64,000 nt of DNA from Octopus sinensis (Eukaryota): assembly GCF_006345805.1 (NCBI RefSeq), contig NC_042998.1, forward strand, positions 4,650,001 to 4,714,000, read 5' to 3'. Both the position numbers and the translations under genes were made by a program. Positions 39,506 through 54,350 of the stretch are shown one piece after another. Each line of letters starts with the position of its first letter. The stretch's first letter is position 1. A model generated the notes under the pieces. The model was not told the origin of the DNA, ran no database searches, and worked only from the letters and a program-made list of their open reading frames with translations.

Positions 39506-42409
39506 ACATTCAAATAAAATGGTTTTAGTTGATCGCAATAACTACGTAATTAACTATTATGCAACGAAGAAAACTCGATAACGTTAATGTAAATTTGCAT
39601 CTGCGTAAAATAGATACCATGTGGCGATACTTTGATATATTGGAATAGATATCGAAAATATTGTGTAAGTTATAAGTGATTCGTTGATATGTCTTGCTGA
39701 GTTAAAATGTCTCTATAGGTAGCCAAACATGTGCACCAAGATATAGGAGATGTCACTATTTAAAACAACACATGCTTCAGCAAGGAAGTAATGAAAATTG
39801 CAATATCGTTAAGTAAAAGTTCAATTTTTAATGTACTTTGACGTTTACAATATATTACTCATATTTATATTGTTCCACTCTGCTGGATGAAATCAGAGCA
39901 TGACACCAGCAAAATTTGATCTATGATGAGTTTTGTAGCGAATTAGATCGAAAAACATATTCATCTTGCAGGTTGTTCCCATATGTATCAATAAGAAATT
40001 ATTACTGAGCGTTTGGGAGGCAGCGATCAGACAGAATCCTTAGCACCCCCGCTTCTGGATAAAATGTTTCATGGCATTTCAAATGTCTTTACGTTCTGAG
40101 TTCAAATTAAGTTGGCTTCAACTTTTCCTCACTTCTGGGTCGTTCTAATCGACTTACACCTCCACTCAGAATTGTTGGACTTTTGTCAAATTTTAAAAAG
40201 ATTTATTAAAGAAAGATTGAGGTATAACTTTATTAGAAATAAGGTTTAAAAGGTTTCACAATCAAAATAATTGCTTATTTTCCTGCTCAGAGGAACTTAT
40301 ATGAACTGAGTAGATTCGCACACCGAAACAGTGACCTACGGAAGCGAGTTGTGTGAAACATGCAGTTTTTTTACGAAAACAGAGAGCATGCACAAAAGGC
40401 TGCGAGTTGTTCATGACATGACACCATTGACTAGAAAAATATACGCAGATGAATGAAGAAGTTTGTTGTAAAGTGGGTTCCTTCCTCTGATGTGATATGT
40501 GACAGCCGTTGTACTGCAGTTGCCGCTTTTCGCTAGTAGCCACAATAGTTACTTTTCATGGGATATCGTTGTATCTCTTCGTACTGGAATAGTAATACAC
40601 TAGCTTCTTTTGTCTTACTATCTCCGATAGCTCCACAAGACACCGACTACTACTGTCGACTCTCGATCCTCTCTTGACCGGCTACTAGTCTATTCATAAT
40701 GGTTATATCATACCACTTTTTGCCGGGAGGGGTATACAGTTTTATTATGCAACAATGCTAAAAGAGGGAAAAAGAATACTGAAGGGAAGGGACGCAGTGG
40801 GAGACAAACGAACGCGACGACTGATATGAATTGCCAGCGAATGGATGAAGTAATTCTTACACACAGTTCAGATCCAATACATGACTGCAATACATATTCA
40901 TAAACCAGAAATGAAAATACTACGTTGAATAGTGTTACACTTTTCCAAAGACTAATAAATTTGAGAGCCACTGGATGACAAGCCTGGAGAGTCAGAGAGA
41001 TTGATTATTGTACAAGAACTCATTGTCCGTGATTTTCTGAACGTATCTGTATCGCGAATCGCAAGCGGTACGTTGCGATATTCATTAAACTTAGAGAAAC
41101 CATAAGGAAAAAGTGACTGAATAATAATCTCTAAATTACCCACATTCACTATGTCAATATGAAACCATCCCACACATCTTTGACAATCAACAAACTAGGT
41201 CGGTCTCTGTCCCCCACCTCATTTACATCATCTGTTCCCTCTAACATCGTACGATCCTAAGAGAAAATGATTTGATCTCACGGACGAGGTGAAAGGAGTT
41301 GTGAATAAATGTGTACAATTGTACATACTTGATTATTTTGTTTGGTTCAATGATGGTGCAATGCATAGCTGTTGAGGCAGTAAGTTCATATAGAAGGTAT
41401 ACTCTAACAACGAGTGCAGTTTGAACGCTCTATGTCAGTTTATTAAAACACTATGCATAGTTTTGCATTACTTACGGTGGAACTAATCACAAACATGATA
41501 AAACTATATTACAAAGAATAAAGAAAATTTTCAAGAGAAAACAAATAACTATATAAAATAAATCAATAAAGAACGAAGCAAGACTATATTGATTGAGGAT
41601 AAAACTAAGAATGACTCTTAAAACAAAACACAATTAGTAGAACTGATGAAGAATATTTTGATGATGTACGGTGGTGTATTATTTTAGTAATGTCTCTGAT
41701 GATGCTAATAACAGCAAATAACAACCGGTAATGAGAACATCAGATCAAGTTACCTTGCAGGTATACATCTATTAAGTAACCAAAGACTGTTTCAGAATGG
41801 CTAATGAAAACTGTCTTCCTTCTCGGCAAAATTCTCAAGAGACTCATTATCAAGACAAAATCACTGATAAGTAAAGCGGTTGATAACTCTTAAGAAATGT
41901 AGCGATAACTTCTAAAAAAGAAAAATGAAAAAAGAAAGAATACTTGATAAAATATTTCATCAATGACGTAAAAATACACTTAAAAAAGAGACAGCAGATA
42001 AGACAATAGCAAATGTGTAATGGTTAAGTTTTCTTTATTTATGTACAGCTCCCTAAAATGTCTTTCATGCCTTATGGGGATTTCTTTATATAACATATTT
42101 CTACTTTAGATAAATGCGGTGTGAATAATTTCTTCTGAAGTGTAACAAATTTCATAAAGGCTTAAAAGCACATTAATTACTCTAGTTGTTAGTCTGGTAG
42201 TTCGAAAGTTTGCAAATATGTATGCAGCTAAGTATGTGTGCATGTGTTTTGTGGGTGTATATATATATATATATACATATACATGCATACATACACACGA
42301 ACGCACAGACACATATAAATATATACATACATACATATATACGTACACACATATGCATATCGTTATACACGTTTGTACATCATGAATGCATTCACATACG
42401 CAAATAAGA

Positions 42410-42457
<48 letters not shown>

Positions 42458-42786
42458 ACGAGTTACGAGACTATTTCGCTTCCAGCAGTCATCTCAAGAA
42501 AAGAGATATTGTTAAGATATATCAAATAAATGCAGCATAATTGAGCACTCTATAAATTGGGAAATCTTAAGCATAATGGTCTGCTGTAAAACTATTCTGA
42601 GGTATTTAGCTATGATGCATAACTAATGCTTTCATTATTACAAACTTTTCTTACAAGGAATATTATGCGTGAATGTGTTTGTGTCTGATTGCACGTATGT
42701 GCGTATGAGGCCGTTTTCTATATATCCGTGTACCTCTCTATGCATCAATTTAGCTATCTAGTTTCCTTTCCGCCTATCTATGTATG

Positions 42787-42820
<34 letters not shown>

Positions 42821-42868
42821 TGTATGTATGAATGTATGTATGTATGTATGTATGTATGTATGTATATA

Positions 42869-42931
<63 letters not shown>

Positions 42932-42932
42932 G

Positions 42933-42963
<31 letters not shown>

Positions 42964-44931
42964 ACGTCTATATTTGTGTGCGTGTGTGCGTATGTGTTCG
43001 TGTGTCTGTCTGTGTACATGTGTATTTATGCAAATACCTTGCATAAAAGTGTATATGAATATGCTTCATTGCAATATGATCATATGGGTTTTAACGTATA
43101 TTTATACCGTATATTCCTGTGTGTTTATATTTATAACCCGTATGCTGATATACTTTATAGATCTTATAGACTAACAAATTTCTCGTAGACGTCCTTGAAC
43201 TGTTGACCAAATATTACTTTCACAGTGTCACAGTTAACACATCATTACTGTTTCAATTCTTTCATGGTGTTGTTAATTTATTTCACTTGACTTTTGTTTA
43301 TATATCAGTCCTCATTCTATCTGTACCTCCATCCCTCTTAACTCTGTTCCTCTTTCTTCTCACTCCACAGATACACCCCAACGCCCATACACACACACAT
43401 ATATATATATATTATACAAAGACAGATAGATAGATGTATACATATACATATTTACAGACACATCTATATAAGTATATAAATGCATCTACATTATATCAAT
43501 AGCTGTATCTCAATAACTCTGCCTAAAAACGACGAAAGTTTATGTAAAGATATGCAGGCTCTGTATGTCCATACTGCATGTCATTATAAATACCATCCGA
43601 ATACGGCATATAACTGTTTGTACATCACATATTTCAATGCTCCGACCAATAGCTTTTCAATTTTCAGTAGTTAGTCTTAATTTTGTCGATCATTTCTGAT
43701 ATTATACATGGGATATTTACCTAAATTCATCTGATGTAATTCTCCACCACCCTTGCCATCGTTTTTATGTTTTTATATGGCATCTCGTAGACTTATATAA
43801 ATAAATGCTACAAAGTGAATAGAAAGTTTTCGATGGAAGTCAACCGCTATTACTTCAATGTTGCAGTGATTTGTAGCTTTTTCCTATTGAAAATCATACA
43901 TAGCGTAACAACATATAAATCTACACTAATGCTCTTGATATGTATAAGGTTGGCATCCATTCACTTCAATAGGAGTCAATGAAATATCTTACTAGCAGAA
44001 GTGAAGAAAAATTAAATGTCTGAAGTTTAAAGGTTTGACATTAATTTTCACTATAAATGATGCACCATCAAGATATCAAAACTGTAAGTACTATTTTTGA
44101 TTGCAACAAACACAAGGACAACACTCGGTGACGTTTAGTCATCTACAAAATCTCATGTCCGGTTGACATTTGCTATTTTTGCAATAAAAATCAGTAAAGC
44201 AGTGTGAAGAAAGAAAATAATAATAAGATATTTAAATTCTCAACCAGTACTTTCTGAAAAATTTCTCCGTTATTTATGTATTATTGTGCATTTTCGAGTT
44301 ATTATTACTAGAATGAAATTTCAATAAATTGATATTTTACACAATCTTCTGCCAGCAGCAACATACTTTCATAGCATGTCCTCTTTGCAGCTCCATTTTG
44401 TTCATAGAATTTCTTCTATCCCTATTTATTTTCCAACGCTCGAAGCTCTGCATTTAATAGGAAGAGGTCCTCAAAACAATCATACTTCATTGTAGATTTG
44501 GGCGGTTCGGAATCTAGCTGAAACATAATACTTTTCTCGTACAAGCTCTGAGCATAATGCATAATATGCAGTAATTCTTAGCCTGCAGGCAACTCATATT
44601 TGATTAAACATCCGGCGGCAATAGACACTTGTACTTCCTGACAAATATATGTATCACAATGATTCAAATTATATAGAATTTGTTTTGTGAAATATAGGTT
44701 TGTATAGCCTCAATAAGATTACAGAAAATACTTCGTATTTATAATATTATCGCGAGATGCCGTTAACTATTCAGGTTGCGAAAAATTTTCAGCAATTGAA
44801 TGGTTGCTGAGATGCGTTGTCAGTTAACATGATGATCCTGAACAATAGGTCTCTTGAAACAAACATCCAAGAACAGTCAGTGGTACATAACGGACACTTA
44901 ATTGTATCTAACTACGAGAATGTATGTACGT

Positions 44932-45237
44932 AGGCAAATGTCTTCTACTATAGCCTCGAGCCGACCAAAATCTTGTGACTGGATTTGGCAGACGGAAACT
45001 GCAAGATGCCCGTCGTATATATGTGTGTGTGTGTGTGTGTTTATATATCTGTGTTCGTCCTCCCACCATCGCTTGACAACTGATGTTGGTGTGTTTACGT
45101 CCCCGCAACCAAGTGGTTCGGCAAAATAAACGATAGAATAAGTACTAGGCTTAGAAGGAATAAGTCCTGGGGTCGATTTGTTCGACTGAAGGCGGTGCTC
45201 CAGCAAGGCCGCAGTCAGATGACTGAATCAAATAAAA

Positions 45238-45240
<3 letters not shown>
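44932..45240 (+). mobile_element. 5'-truncated tRNA-derived SINE
   Basis: ggcaaatgtcttctactatagcctcg..(TG)n..gcttgacaactgatgttggtgtgtttacgtcccc..gactgaatcaaataaaag. Confidence 0.85.
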
Positions 45241-45286
<46 letters not shown>

Positions 45287-46044
45287 ATACATTTATATAA
45301 ATATATTATACACTTGACATATTTCATAACGCAAGTTCTTGCTTTTTTATGAGGAAAGACAGGAAATCCTAGAAGTCCGAGTGTGAATAGTATTTTAAGC
45401 AATTTAACTCTTTGACATGTATCGAGCCTCTTTTGTGCAGTGCGTTATGAAAAATACTATATGCATGTATGCACGCGTGCCTATGTATTTGTTTTGTGAA
45501 CATGCTGTCAATGTGTTTAACGTCTTATATCTGACTAGGCCTCTTTTCTCTATCAGAGACGTACTACTATTCTCATTATTTGTCTTTATAAGGCTGAAGC
45601 AAATAATTAACAATCATTCTGGAATAGAAATTTTAATGCACATACAATTCTTAATATTTGTTAACGTAGCAACATATTTCCAGTACATTTTATTTCCGTT
45701 TTTAATATATGTTTTCAAATTATTCATTACTATCTTGTGACTTAATTTAATTTTGATGTCTATTATTTTGAATTTATTCGTATCTTTTTTTTCAGCACTT
45801 TTTGATGTGAAGTCAAATTATTGGTTCGGTAAATATTAATTTTAGTCCAAAACAATCTGATTTCTTGATTCCTTTAACGATATTGCATTGAAATCAATTT
45901 TCAAATTACAACGAACCAAATGAATGGATAATTGAGATGAAAATAAGAAACACATTTGAAATACATAATAAAATGCAAAAACAACTATGCGGACATGCTG
46001 TGAACGTTTGATATATGTAGTTACTGTTGCTGATGCAACTGCTG

Positions 46045-46055
46045 CTGTTACAACA

Positions 46056-46144
<89 letters not shown>

Positions 46145-46200
46145 AAATAATAATTATAATAATAATAATAACAACAATAACAACGACAATAATAGTAATG
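46045..46200. repeat. Compound microsatellite (CTA)n(AAT)n(AAC)n
   Basis: Directly visible. Confidence 0.95.
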
Positions 46201-47001
46201 ATAAGAATGGTAATTATTTCAGTGCATTCGCTTTGTAATTAACGGCGTAAAATTGCAATAACAATATTTTGAAAAAATTAGATATGAGATAAAATATTTT
46301 GAACGTTTCAATATTTTCTTTTCATCTTTCCGTAGATGTAAAAACATACATAGGCGCATCAGAGCTGAATCGATAGCGACATTACAGTGATGGGTTCTAT
46401 GTTCTGATTTTTTTTTCTTTCAACGCCTACGGTTTTGCAACTGAATTCGGTTCCACTAACGTAACTTTGTCCTTCATTCTTTCGCACCAATGAATTATTG
46501 TAGCAATGTAAATGATTGGATGGGAGTGTTAAAACAGCGGAGGTTTTGCATTATGGCCCTTTGGGTTCATGTTAGTAGACATAATTGTTAGAGGCACTCG
46601 AGTGCTTTTAACGGATTTCTAACAACAACGAACATTTAGGCTAAGCCTCTTGAAGATGGGTATCAAACTCTGCGAAAATATAAATGTCTATCGCATTGCC
46701 GTGACTAAAACGGGTGATATACACGCTTATAAAATCTTTCATTCACGCACGCATATATGTATATGTATGTGTGTATGAATGTATCTTTGTATGTACATAT
46801 ATGTGTGTGCAAGTGTATGCGTATATGTACATGCGTGTGCGCGTGTGCATATGTGTATCAATCTTTTTTCTTGTCATAGTAAATAAATATTTACTTTACT
46901 AAAAGGTGTTAAGTAAAACTTATCTGTTTAATGCTAAATTGTTTCTGTCATATAACTTGACATACAGGCGAATATCGATGTATATATGTGTGTATGTCTG
47001 T

Positions 47002-47071
<70 letters not shown>

Positions 47072-47165
47072 GCATATACATATATGTGTACATGCATGTA
47101 TATTTATGTGTGTGTATGTATATATATATATACATATATACACACATACGCACACACACACATAC

Positions 47166-47229
<64 letters not shown>

Positions 47230-48763
47230 TCTTCAAACATATGTGAACGATGTAACAAAAGTTGGTTTCTCTTTGATTATTATGGCGAAATTTGATTTAC
47301 AAACATTTTATTTTTATTTTTCATTTTCTTTTGAATTTTGGTACTAAATAATTGATGTTTTTATGTATTATCTATTTATTATCTTTCACGAAATCACTTG
47401 TAAGCTGTACAAAATATTGAATATGCGTATATCATTGACTGAGGCTATATCACTAATTGCATTTCTTCGTGAATATTATTAAATATAAGATATATTGCAT
47501 TGATGGCTGATCTCAGTGCAATATTTTTCAAGAGTTATGTACAAATTCATTCAATCTGTAGCTTTAGCTTATGGAAAAACTCTTTTAGAAGTGATGTATG
47601 ATGTCTTTCTTCTAAGAATTCGTGCTTGAAGTAACAATATCATCTTGAATATTTGTAAGTTGGTGTTCCAAACACATCAAATTCAGTTGGACACCTCTAA
47701 CGACAACATTACAATTGCATTATAATCCAATGGAAGCTTGGCTTATATATGTTCACTGTTAAACGAAAACCAACATAGTTTTTCTTCTTCATTTGACCCT
47801 CATATCAAAATCTTCAAAAGTAATATAAGGCCCCTCTTTTGTTGAAAGGTTTTTATATATACATTTTAGAATTCATAGCATTTGGAGAGCTGCTTGATGA
47901 TGTAGTTGTTAAAATAGGTACAAGTATCCTTGAAAATAAGCACTGCGAAAAACCTTTGAAAATTTCTACTAAATTACAAAACCATTGTAAGACATTAAAA
48001 GACTAAGCAGGAGCTAAAACTTTAAAAATAGTTTTCAAACTAAACAGGAAAACACTTGTGTTAAAATATTACCACAAAAAGACAATACAGTAAAATTTGA
48101 TGAACATAAACTTCAACTGCATCTGCTAAACTGCTTATCAATAGTCTTAAATCATCCATTGTATCAAGAAAATTACCGAATACTGCAATATGTGAGGTCT
48201 TCTCATATACACGCATGATGCTTGAAAACACAGACATATATCGTAGCATGTGCATTTTGCTATTAATACCGCTTCCGTCACTGATTACTTTTTTAATAAA
48301 CCTGCTGGCTATGTACAACATCAGTGAGTGAAAAACCAATGATATTCTATATACCGTGGTAGCAACATTTGGCTGGTATGCATTCACAGGATGCCTGACA
48401 CTGAAGATATGCAGTACACTGTAACCACGTGATATGGCAGTTCTGACAGCCGTACAAAATGATTCTCGTCTGAAATTATATATACACCATGCATCTATAT
48501 GAGAGGACCTCTGACGACGAATACTGGCGCTCTTAAAATACATGCACGTTAGGCTGGATATAAACATTACGTTTAGCTTTCGTGTGTTTGTGTGTGTTTG
48601 TGTGTGTGTGCGCGTGTGTTATACCAAACAAATATCTTCTATACCACAGTCCTTTGACCCAGTCTTTAAGCGTTGTTACAAAATCAGAGCACATGCAATT
48701 CGTTCTCGCATCGTATATTATTTCAAATAATACTAATTTTATCTGAAAGTCTGACGAGGTAAA

Positions 48764-48807
<44 letters not shown>

Positions 48808-51614
48808 GTATGTGTGTATGTATATATATGTGTGTGTATGTATGTATGCATGTATGTATACATGTTCGTCTGTAGGAGTTAGGTCATAGATACATAGCGA
48901 ATTCGGTTAATAATACGTATAAAAAGATAATGAACACGCTAAACGATTTCACAAGATATACAACAAAAGAAAATAAGTTCCATATAAGATACTGAACACA
49001 GAAAAAAACGTTCATAACGAATTACCGTGTACCTCTTTAACATTTATGAACCTCAGTCAGAAACCATTCAGCTATGCAATTACGTCTAATAAAAGTAACT
49101 TCGGTAAAAGTTAGATAAAATATACATAAAAATGAACTCATCCAATACGTTAAAACCAGTTTCATCTATGTCTTATTAGGGAATAACAGAAGCACAGAAT
49201 GTGAATGATTGTGTTCTATGATGGAGAAGTGTCAATTTAAATTCTAACATTTCCACACACGAGAGGATTGCCAAATTATCTCTAAACATGTTTTAATGGA
49301 TGCTTTGACTTATGCTATACATATTACTGGCATAGAAATGCAAACGGAAATATTGCTGCTTCCTAGAGAGAGAAAGTTTAAAATGAAGTTTTGAATTTTA
49401 AAGAAGCCTTCGGGAATTTCATTTCAATTATTAGAAAAGCACATTATTAATTTGAGATAACAGATTTCAGAATGTTTGTGTCTTACGCAAAAGCTAGGCT
49501 ACAACATCCAAATAACTGAGGCTAGCATTTGTCAAGAGGACGACCTCCTAATGTTAAACATCTGTCTTTAATAGCTGGAGCAAAAAAAAAACAACCATGA
49601 TTTTTTTTTACAAAATATGTTTCTTTAATGCAACAACCAATCAGGATACCACAGCAAACAAAATTTTTGTATGCTACCTTGGATTTAAACAGTAACTATT
49701 TCATCTTTATCATAAACAAAATAAAACACTTAAGCATATAATTAAGAATCATCGCGAAATATTAACATATATTGTTACAAATCCATCTATTATACTGTCT
49801 CAATGGTCAGTTTATGTGAAACCTTTAAAGAAGCTGTATATTCAAAGAATAAAGGATATTGAAGGGGAAGCATGATCTTCACACAAAATAACAGAAAACG
49901 TATCAACCTTTTAATTACATTTTTAAAATTGAAGAAAATAATCTTCTTTAGCTAATATAGTTTTTAAATTAATACGAAAGTGTTTTCTCCTAATTCAAAA
50001 ATATCACTAAAACTTTACCAAAAAAGTTAACAGATTGTCATGTTTCATCATATCAAACTTTGCTAGCACGCCTCATCTATTTCAAATAAATGCTACGAAG
50101 TTTCCCATTGCTGCGTTTAAAAATTGTAATTTCACGAAGAGTAGTATCGGCTTTTAATGTAAAACTGTGTATCCTAAAGACACTATAACCAATGAACAAT
50201 AATATCGAACAATAGGGAACAGATATAGAGGCAACACAGCTAATATTTTGAAAATATCTTATGATCAGTATGCATATGCATTCCTAAATATTGACAAAAG
50301 TAAATGCACTTCCTTACACACACACGTATGTAAATAAGAAACAAAGAAGATAATATTACATATTACTTGCAATGCTATAATTACGAAAGTTAAAGCATCG
50401 AGCCAGAATAAAACTCATACAATCCATGCAGAACATGTGTAATTCAACAAGCAAAGAATTAACAAAGAAAAGCAAATCGGAGAAAATTCTTATTTTTATT
50501 ATGGATATAAAACATAAAAACAATTTGAGTGCTTCAATGTCAGCATATTTAATTCTATAGTGCACCCCTTCCAAATCATTAAAATGTTAACCTAATTCTT
50601 GAAACAAACAACTTCTAGAAAACAAAATTGATGCCCACCATAATTCACCATAATTTACATTATTGTCTTCATAATTGTAGTTAAAATTTAACTAACAATT
50701 AGTCTTCCAAACCTTATACAAATACATTTTGAATAAACACCGATTCTATACATACTGATTCCACGCTTGTGTTTTAAATAACCTTTGTCCCATAAATTTG
50801 CAAACTATTTTCACTTATCTTAATTATAAAGTGTAAAGTTTGCACAAACTAAACAATAGAAACGGTTACACTACATTTGAAGGAAATGGAGCGTACATGT
50901 TCATATAAAGCAAACAACTACATAGAGACATATACAAGTTATTTCCTTTTGTTATGCCAAGACAAACACCATCGTTTACAATATAAAAGTACAAACAATA
51001 CAATTAGTTCTGTTTAAATTTCACCGTATCATTACAATGTAATTGTCAGCACAATATCTTGTTTAAATTACGGAAACTCCTTGCAAAAGCCATTTTTTTC
51101 CTAAAGTTGTCTGTCATAAAAGTAAGCAGAAAAATACATCACCTTAGTTATTACACAAACTATCATTAATGTCTCGCTAATGTTTAATTATTGTCACGAC
51201 ACTTAGCAGAAACAAAGTTGCAGGTATAAACATAATACTAGGAATAGTTTTAAGATATTTTATCTCTGCAGCTCAAAGTTACTGACGTATGTTTCCAATT
51301 CATTGAAAACTCGACACCTGGTGCTTCTTTGAGACAAGGATTCTATACACAGCTACAATATAATGTAACATTATACTGCGGGAAATTTTCAAACTGTGGA
51401 GAGAAACTGCAACATAATATTCAATACTAGAGTTACTCTAATGGAGTTGGAACAATCCGAAATGAAAGACCACCCAGGCAAAGAATTCCACCGATCACCT
51501 TATGACAAACAAATGATCACCCCAACTACATCGCGAATATTATTACACAAATATTATGTGTGGGCGTGTGTATGTGTGTAAACATCTATATATCTATCTC
51601 TCTATCTCACACTC

Positions 51615-51666
<52 letters not shown>

Positions 51667-52406
51667 GGGGGGGAGACAGATACATAGAAGGAGGAGATCA
51701 GTTAAAACCTTATTTTCCATGCATGTTGAATGATCAATGTTTAAATAAAATATCGACAATTTATATTGATACGAAATAATTGTAGAAAGCGGGCGTATGA
51801 ATAAAGTTTATTTTAAAATTACGGTGGTTAATACAGAACTAGTTTGTAATATGTATCAAATTTAAATTAAATTAATTTTAAAAATTAATTTATTTAGTTT
51901 GTGCATGAAACACGAAACTGGTTCTGTACTAATCACAATGTTAAAATAAACTTCACTCATATCAACCGCATTCTACAATCATTTTGTATCAAGGTAAACT
52001 GTCGGGTTCTTATTTAAGCATCGATCATTCAATTCGCATGGGATATAATTTTTTTAACTGCTCTCTCCCCTCTTATATATATATATATATAATTTGCCGC
52101 CGTCGTCTCAACTGCAAGTTTGAAGCATGTTGAATTGTGAACAAAAGCATAACTTTTTCTTTCACTCTATTTTGGATAATATTTCAGTACTTTGAATTGT
52201 GAATTGATGTGGATGAATGAAGGTAAATATATTTTAAAGTTTTGCATTTTTTTTTCATGAAATACGGGAATATATATCTGAAGATTGTAATATGTATCTA
52301 GTAGTTGATTGCTGAGTATTAATCAGTGACTAAATATCTCGCTTATATGGACTGATTCTACACTGACAAATTCCGTGTACGTCCATTATATATATATATA
52401 TATATA

Positions 52407-52714
52407 TCTGTACATGCAATATGTGACAATTATTCGGTTTCCATGATAAAACTCCGAATTTCGGATGCCGATGTGGAAATCCACGCCGCCATCCCTTCAG
52501 TTATCCGGCCATCGGAAGAACGCTATAAAAAATGACCGTTCATAGCGTTTTTCTGATGGCTGGATAACTGAATAGATGGCGGCGTGGATTTCCACCTCGG
52601 CAACCAAAACTCATGGCTACAGAATAATCGTCACATATTACATTTACAGATAAATTCCTCTATTTACATAATATCGAGGTCTCTTTCTTTCTTTTGTTAT
52701 CCTACCGTTTTTAT

Positions 52715-52717
<3 letters not shown>
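52407..52717. mobile_element. Foldback element family B, copy 1, with an eroded hammerhead in each arm and a unique tail of about 67 bp
   Basis: Arms 52407-52526 and 52542-52650, loop 15 nt, flanked by (TA)n. The left-arm HHR (minus) has A9G. The right-arm HHR (plus) has G8U, G12A and an 11-nt deletion. Confidence 0.88.
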
Positions 52718-52756
<39 letters not shown>

Positions 52757-53524
52757 TTATATATAACGGGAGAGATAGAAAGAGATAGAAAGAGAGAGAG
52801 GGAGAGAAAGGGAGTAAATCGAAATTCATAGATCTTTAGGCGAAAATGCATCTAGTTTCTCTTCGTCAAATGCTATCTTGAATGAAATTATTTCCCGTAA
52901 CATTTATAAAATCAGAGAATATAATTATTCTCGATAGAGTTTTACGAACATTTTCTAGATATATTCTTGTCAGAAATCGCTTGCATTTTCAAATCTTAAT
53001 CGCAGTTATTGGTCGGATGCTGTTCTGCAAGAAAATGAATCTTTTCAGTGGAGGAAAATCTGTAGATTATGTTCTGTACTCATACATATATTTACTCAAT
53101 GTAGTATAACATTCTCTCTGAAATTAATAAAACCAATGAATAAATGAAAATTAAGTTTTAAACTAATGTATGTAGAGAATTTCACCTCTCGAGCGAAGAA
53201 ATAGCCGTGAATTCTACAAACATTATTCAATTACATACACTTACGTAAATACGCATGTGATGTAATTTGTATAAAAGAAAACTGTGCAATTGTGCAATAG
53301 TACAGGTAATATTACACACATTCAGACATACACCAACACACACACTCATACAAACACGCACACACAAGAACACACACGCATACACAAACATTCACACGCG
53401 CGCACACACAGACATACATAGAAGATATCTGTGTTGTTTTTAATCATATTTCACTACAAACAATTTCCATAGTAGTCAGAAGACAAAGATGTTGGTGCTT
53501 GCATCCCAGTCGACATTTTATATA

Positions 53525-53830
53525 CGACGACGAGGGTCCCAGCTGATACGATCAACGGAACAGCTTGCTCGTGAAATTAACGTGCAAATGGCTGAGCATT
53601 CCACAGACACGTGTACCCTTAACGTAGTTCTCGGGGATAACCAGCGTGACACAGAGAGTGACAAGGCTGACCCTTTGAAATACAAGTACAACTCATTTTT
53701 GCCAGCTGAGTGGACTGGAGCAACGTGAAATAAAGTGTCTTGCTCAAGGACACAACGCGTCGCCGGGAATCGAACTCACAACCTTACGATCATGAGCCGA
53801 ATGTCCTAACCACTAAGCCACACGCCCTCA

Positions 53831-53832
<2 letters not shown>
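53525..53832 (-). mobile_element. tRNA-derived SINE
   Basis: Reverse-complement head gtgagggcgtgtggcttagtggttagg..gagttcgattcccgg and core ttgagcaagacactttatttcacgttgctccagtccactcag. Confidence 0.88.
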
Positions 53833-53874
<42 letters not shown>

Positions 53875-53877
<3 letters not shown>

Positions 53878-54100
53878 TCTTTTACTTGTTTCAATCATTT
53901 TGATTGTGGCCATGTTGGAGCACCGCCTTTGGTCGAGCAAATGGACCACAGGACTTTTTCTTGGTAAGCCTAGTACTTATTCTATCAGTCTCTTTTGCCG
54001 AACCGCTAAGTTACGAGGACGTAAACACACCAGCACGTTTGTCACGCGGTTTGGGGGACACACGCACACACAAACAGATACACACACATACATACACACA
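53875..54100 (-). mobile_element. SINE 3' half
   Basis: tactcttttacttgtttcaatcatttt..gagcaccgcc..gaaccgctaagttacgaggacgtaaacac. Confidence 0.85.
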
Positions 54101-54197
54101 TACATAAATACATACATATACAACCTGTACTTTATCATAATATACTCGACAACACAAATGCTTTATATATGCTGTGATATTGACCGTCTCCGTCGAC

Positions 54198-54262
54198 ACA
54201 GCTTGTCTAAGAAGATTTTGGCGACAAAATATTTGTCGCCAAAATCTTCTTAGACAAGCTGT
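54198..54262. repeat. Perfect palindrome: 31-bp arms, 3-nt loop
   Basis: acagcttgtctaagaagattttggcgacaaa ata tttgtcgccaaaatcttcttagacaagctgt. Confidence 0.95.
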
Positions 54263-54318
54263 ATTTAGTCATCCACTACAAACACGCACACACACGAACA
54301 TAAACATATACACATATG

Positions 54319-54350
<32 letters not shown>

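Noticed and set aside
40600-41260. Higher-GC stretch that looks like a retroelement fragment
   Set aside because: No diagnostic motif found by hand translation, so it needs BLASTX or Dfam.
42455-42512. Minus-strand TTGAGAT GACTGC..GC GAAA next to (TA)n
   Set aside because: No A9, incomplete helix II and no valid helix III. It cannot be supported without a family consensus.
51607-51665. (CT)n(AT)n(AG)n self-complementary tract
   Set aside because: A common compound dinucleotide microsatellite whose palindromy is a trivial result of composition.
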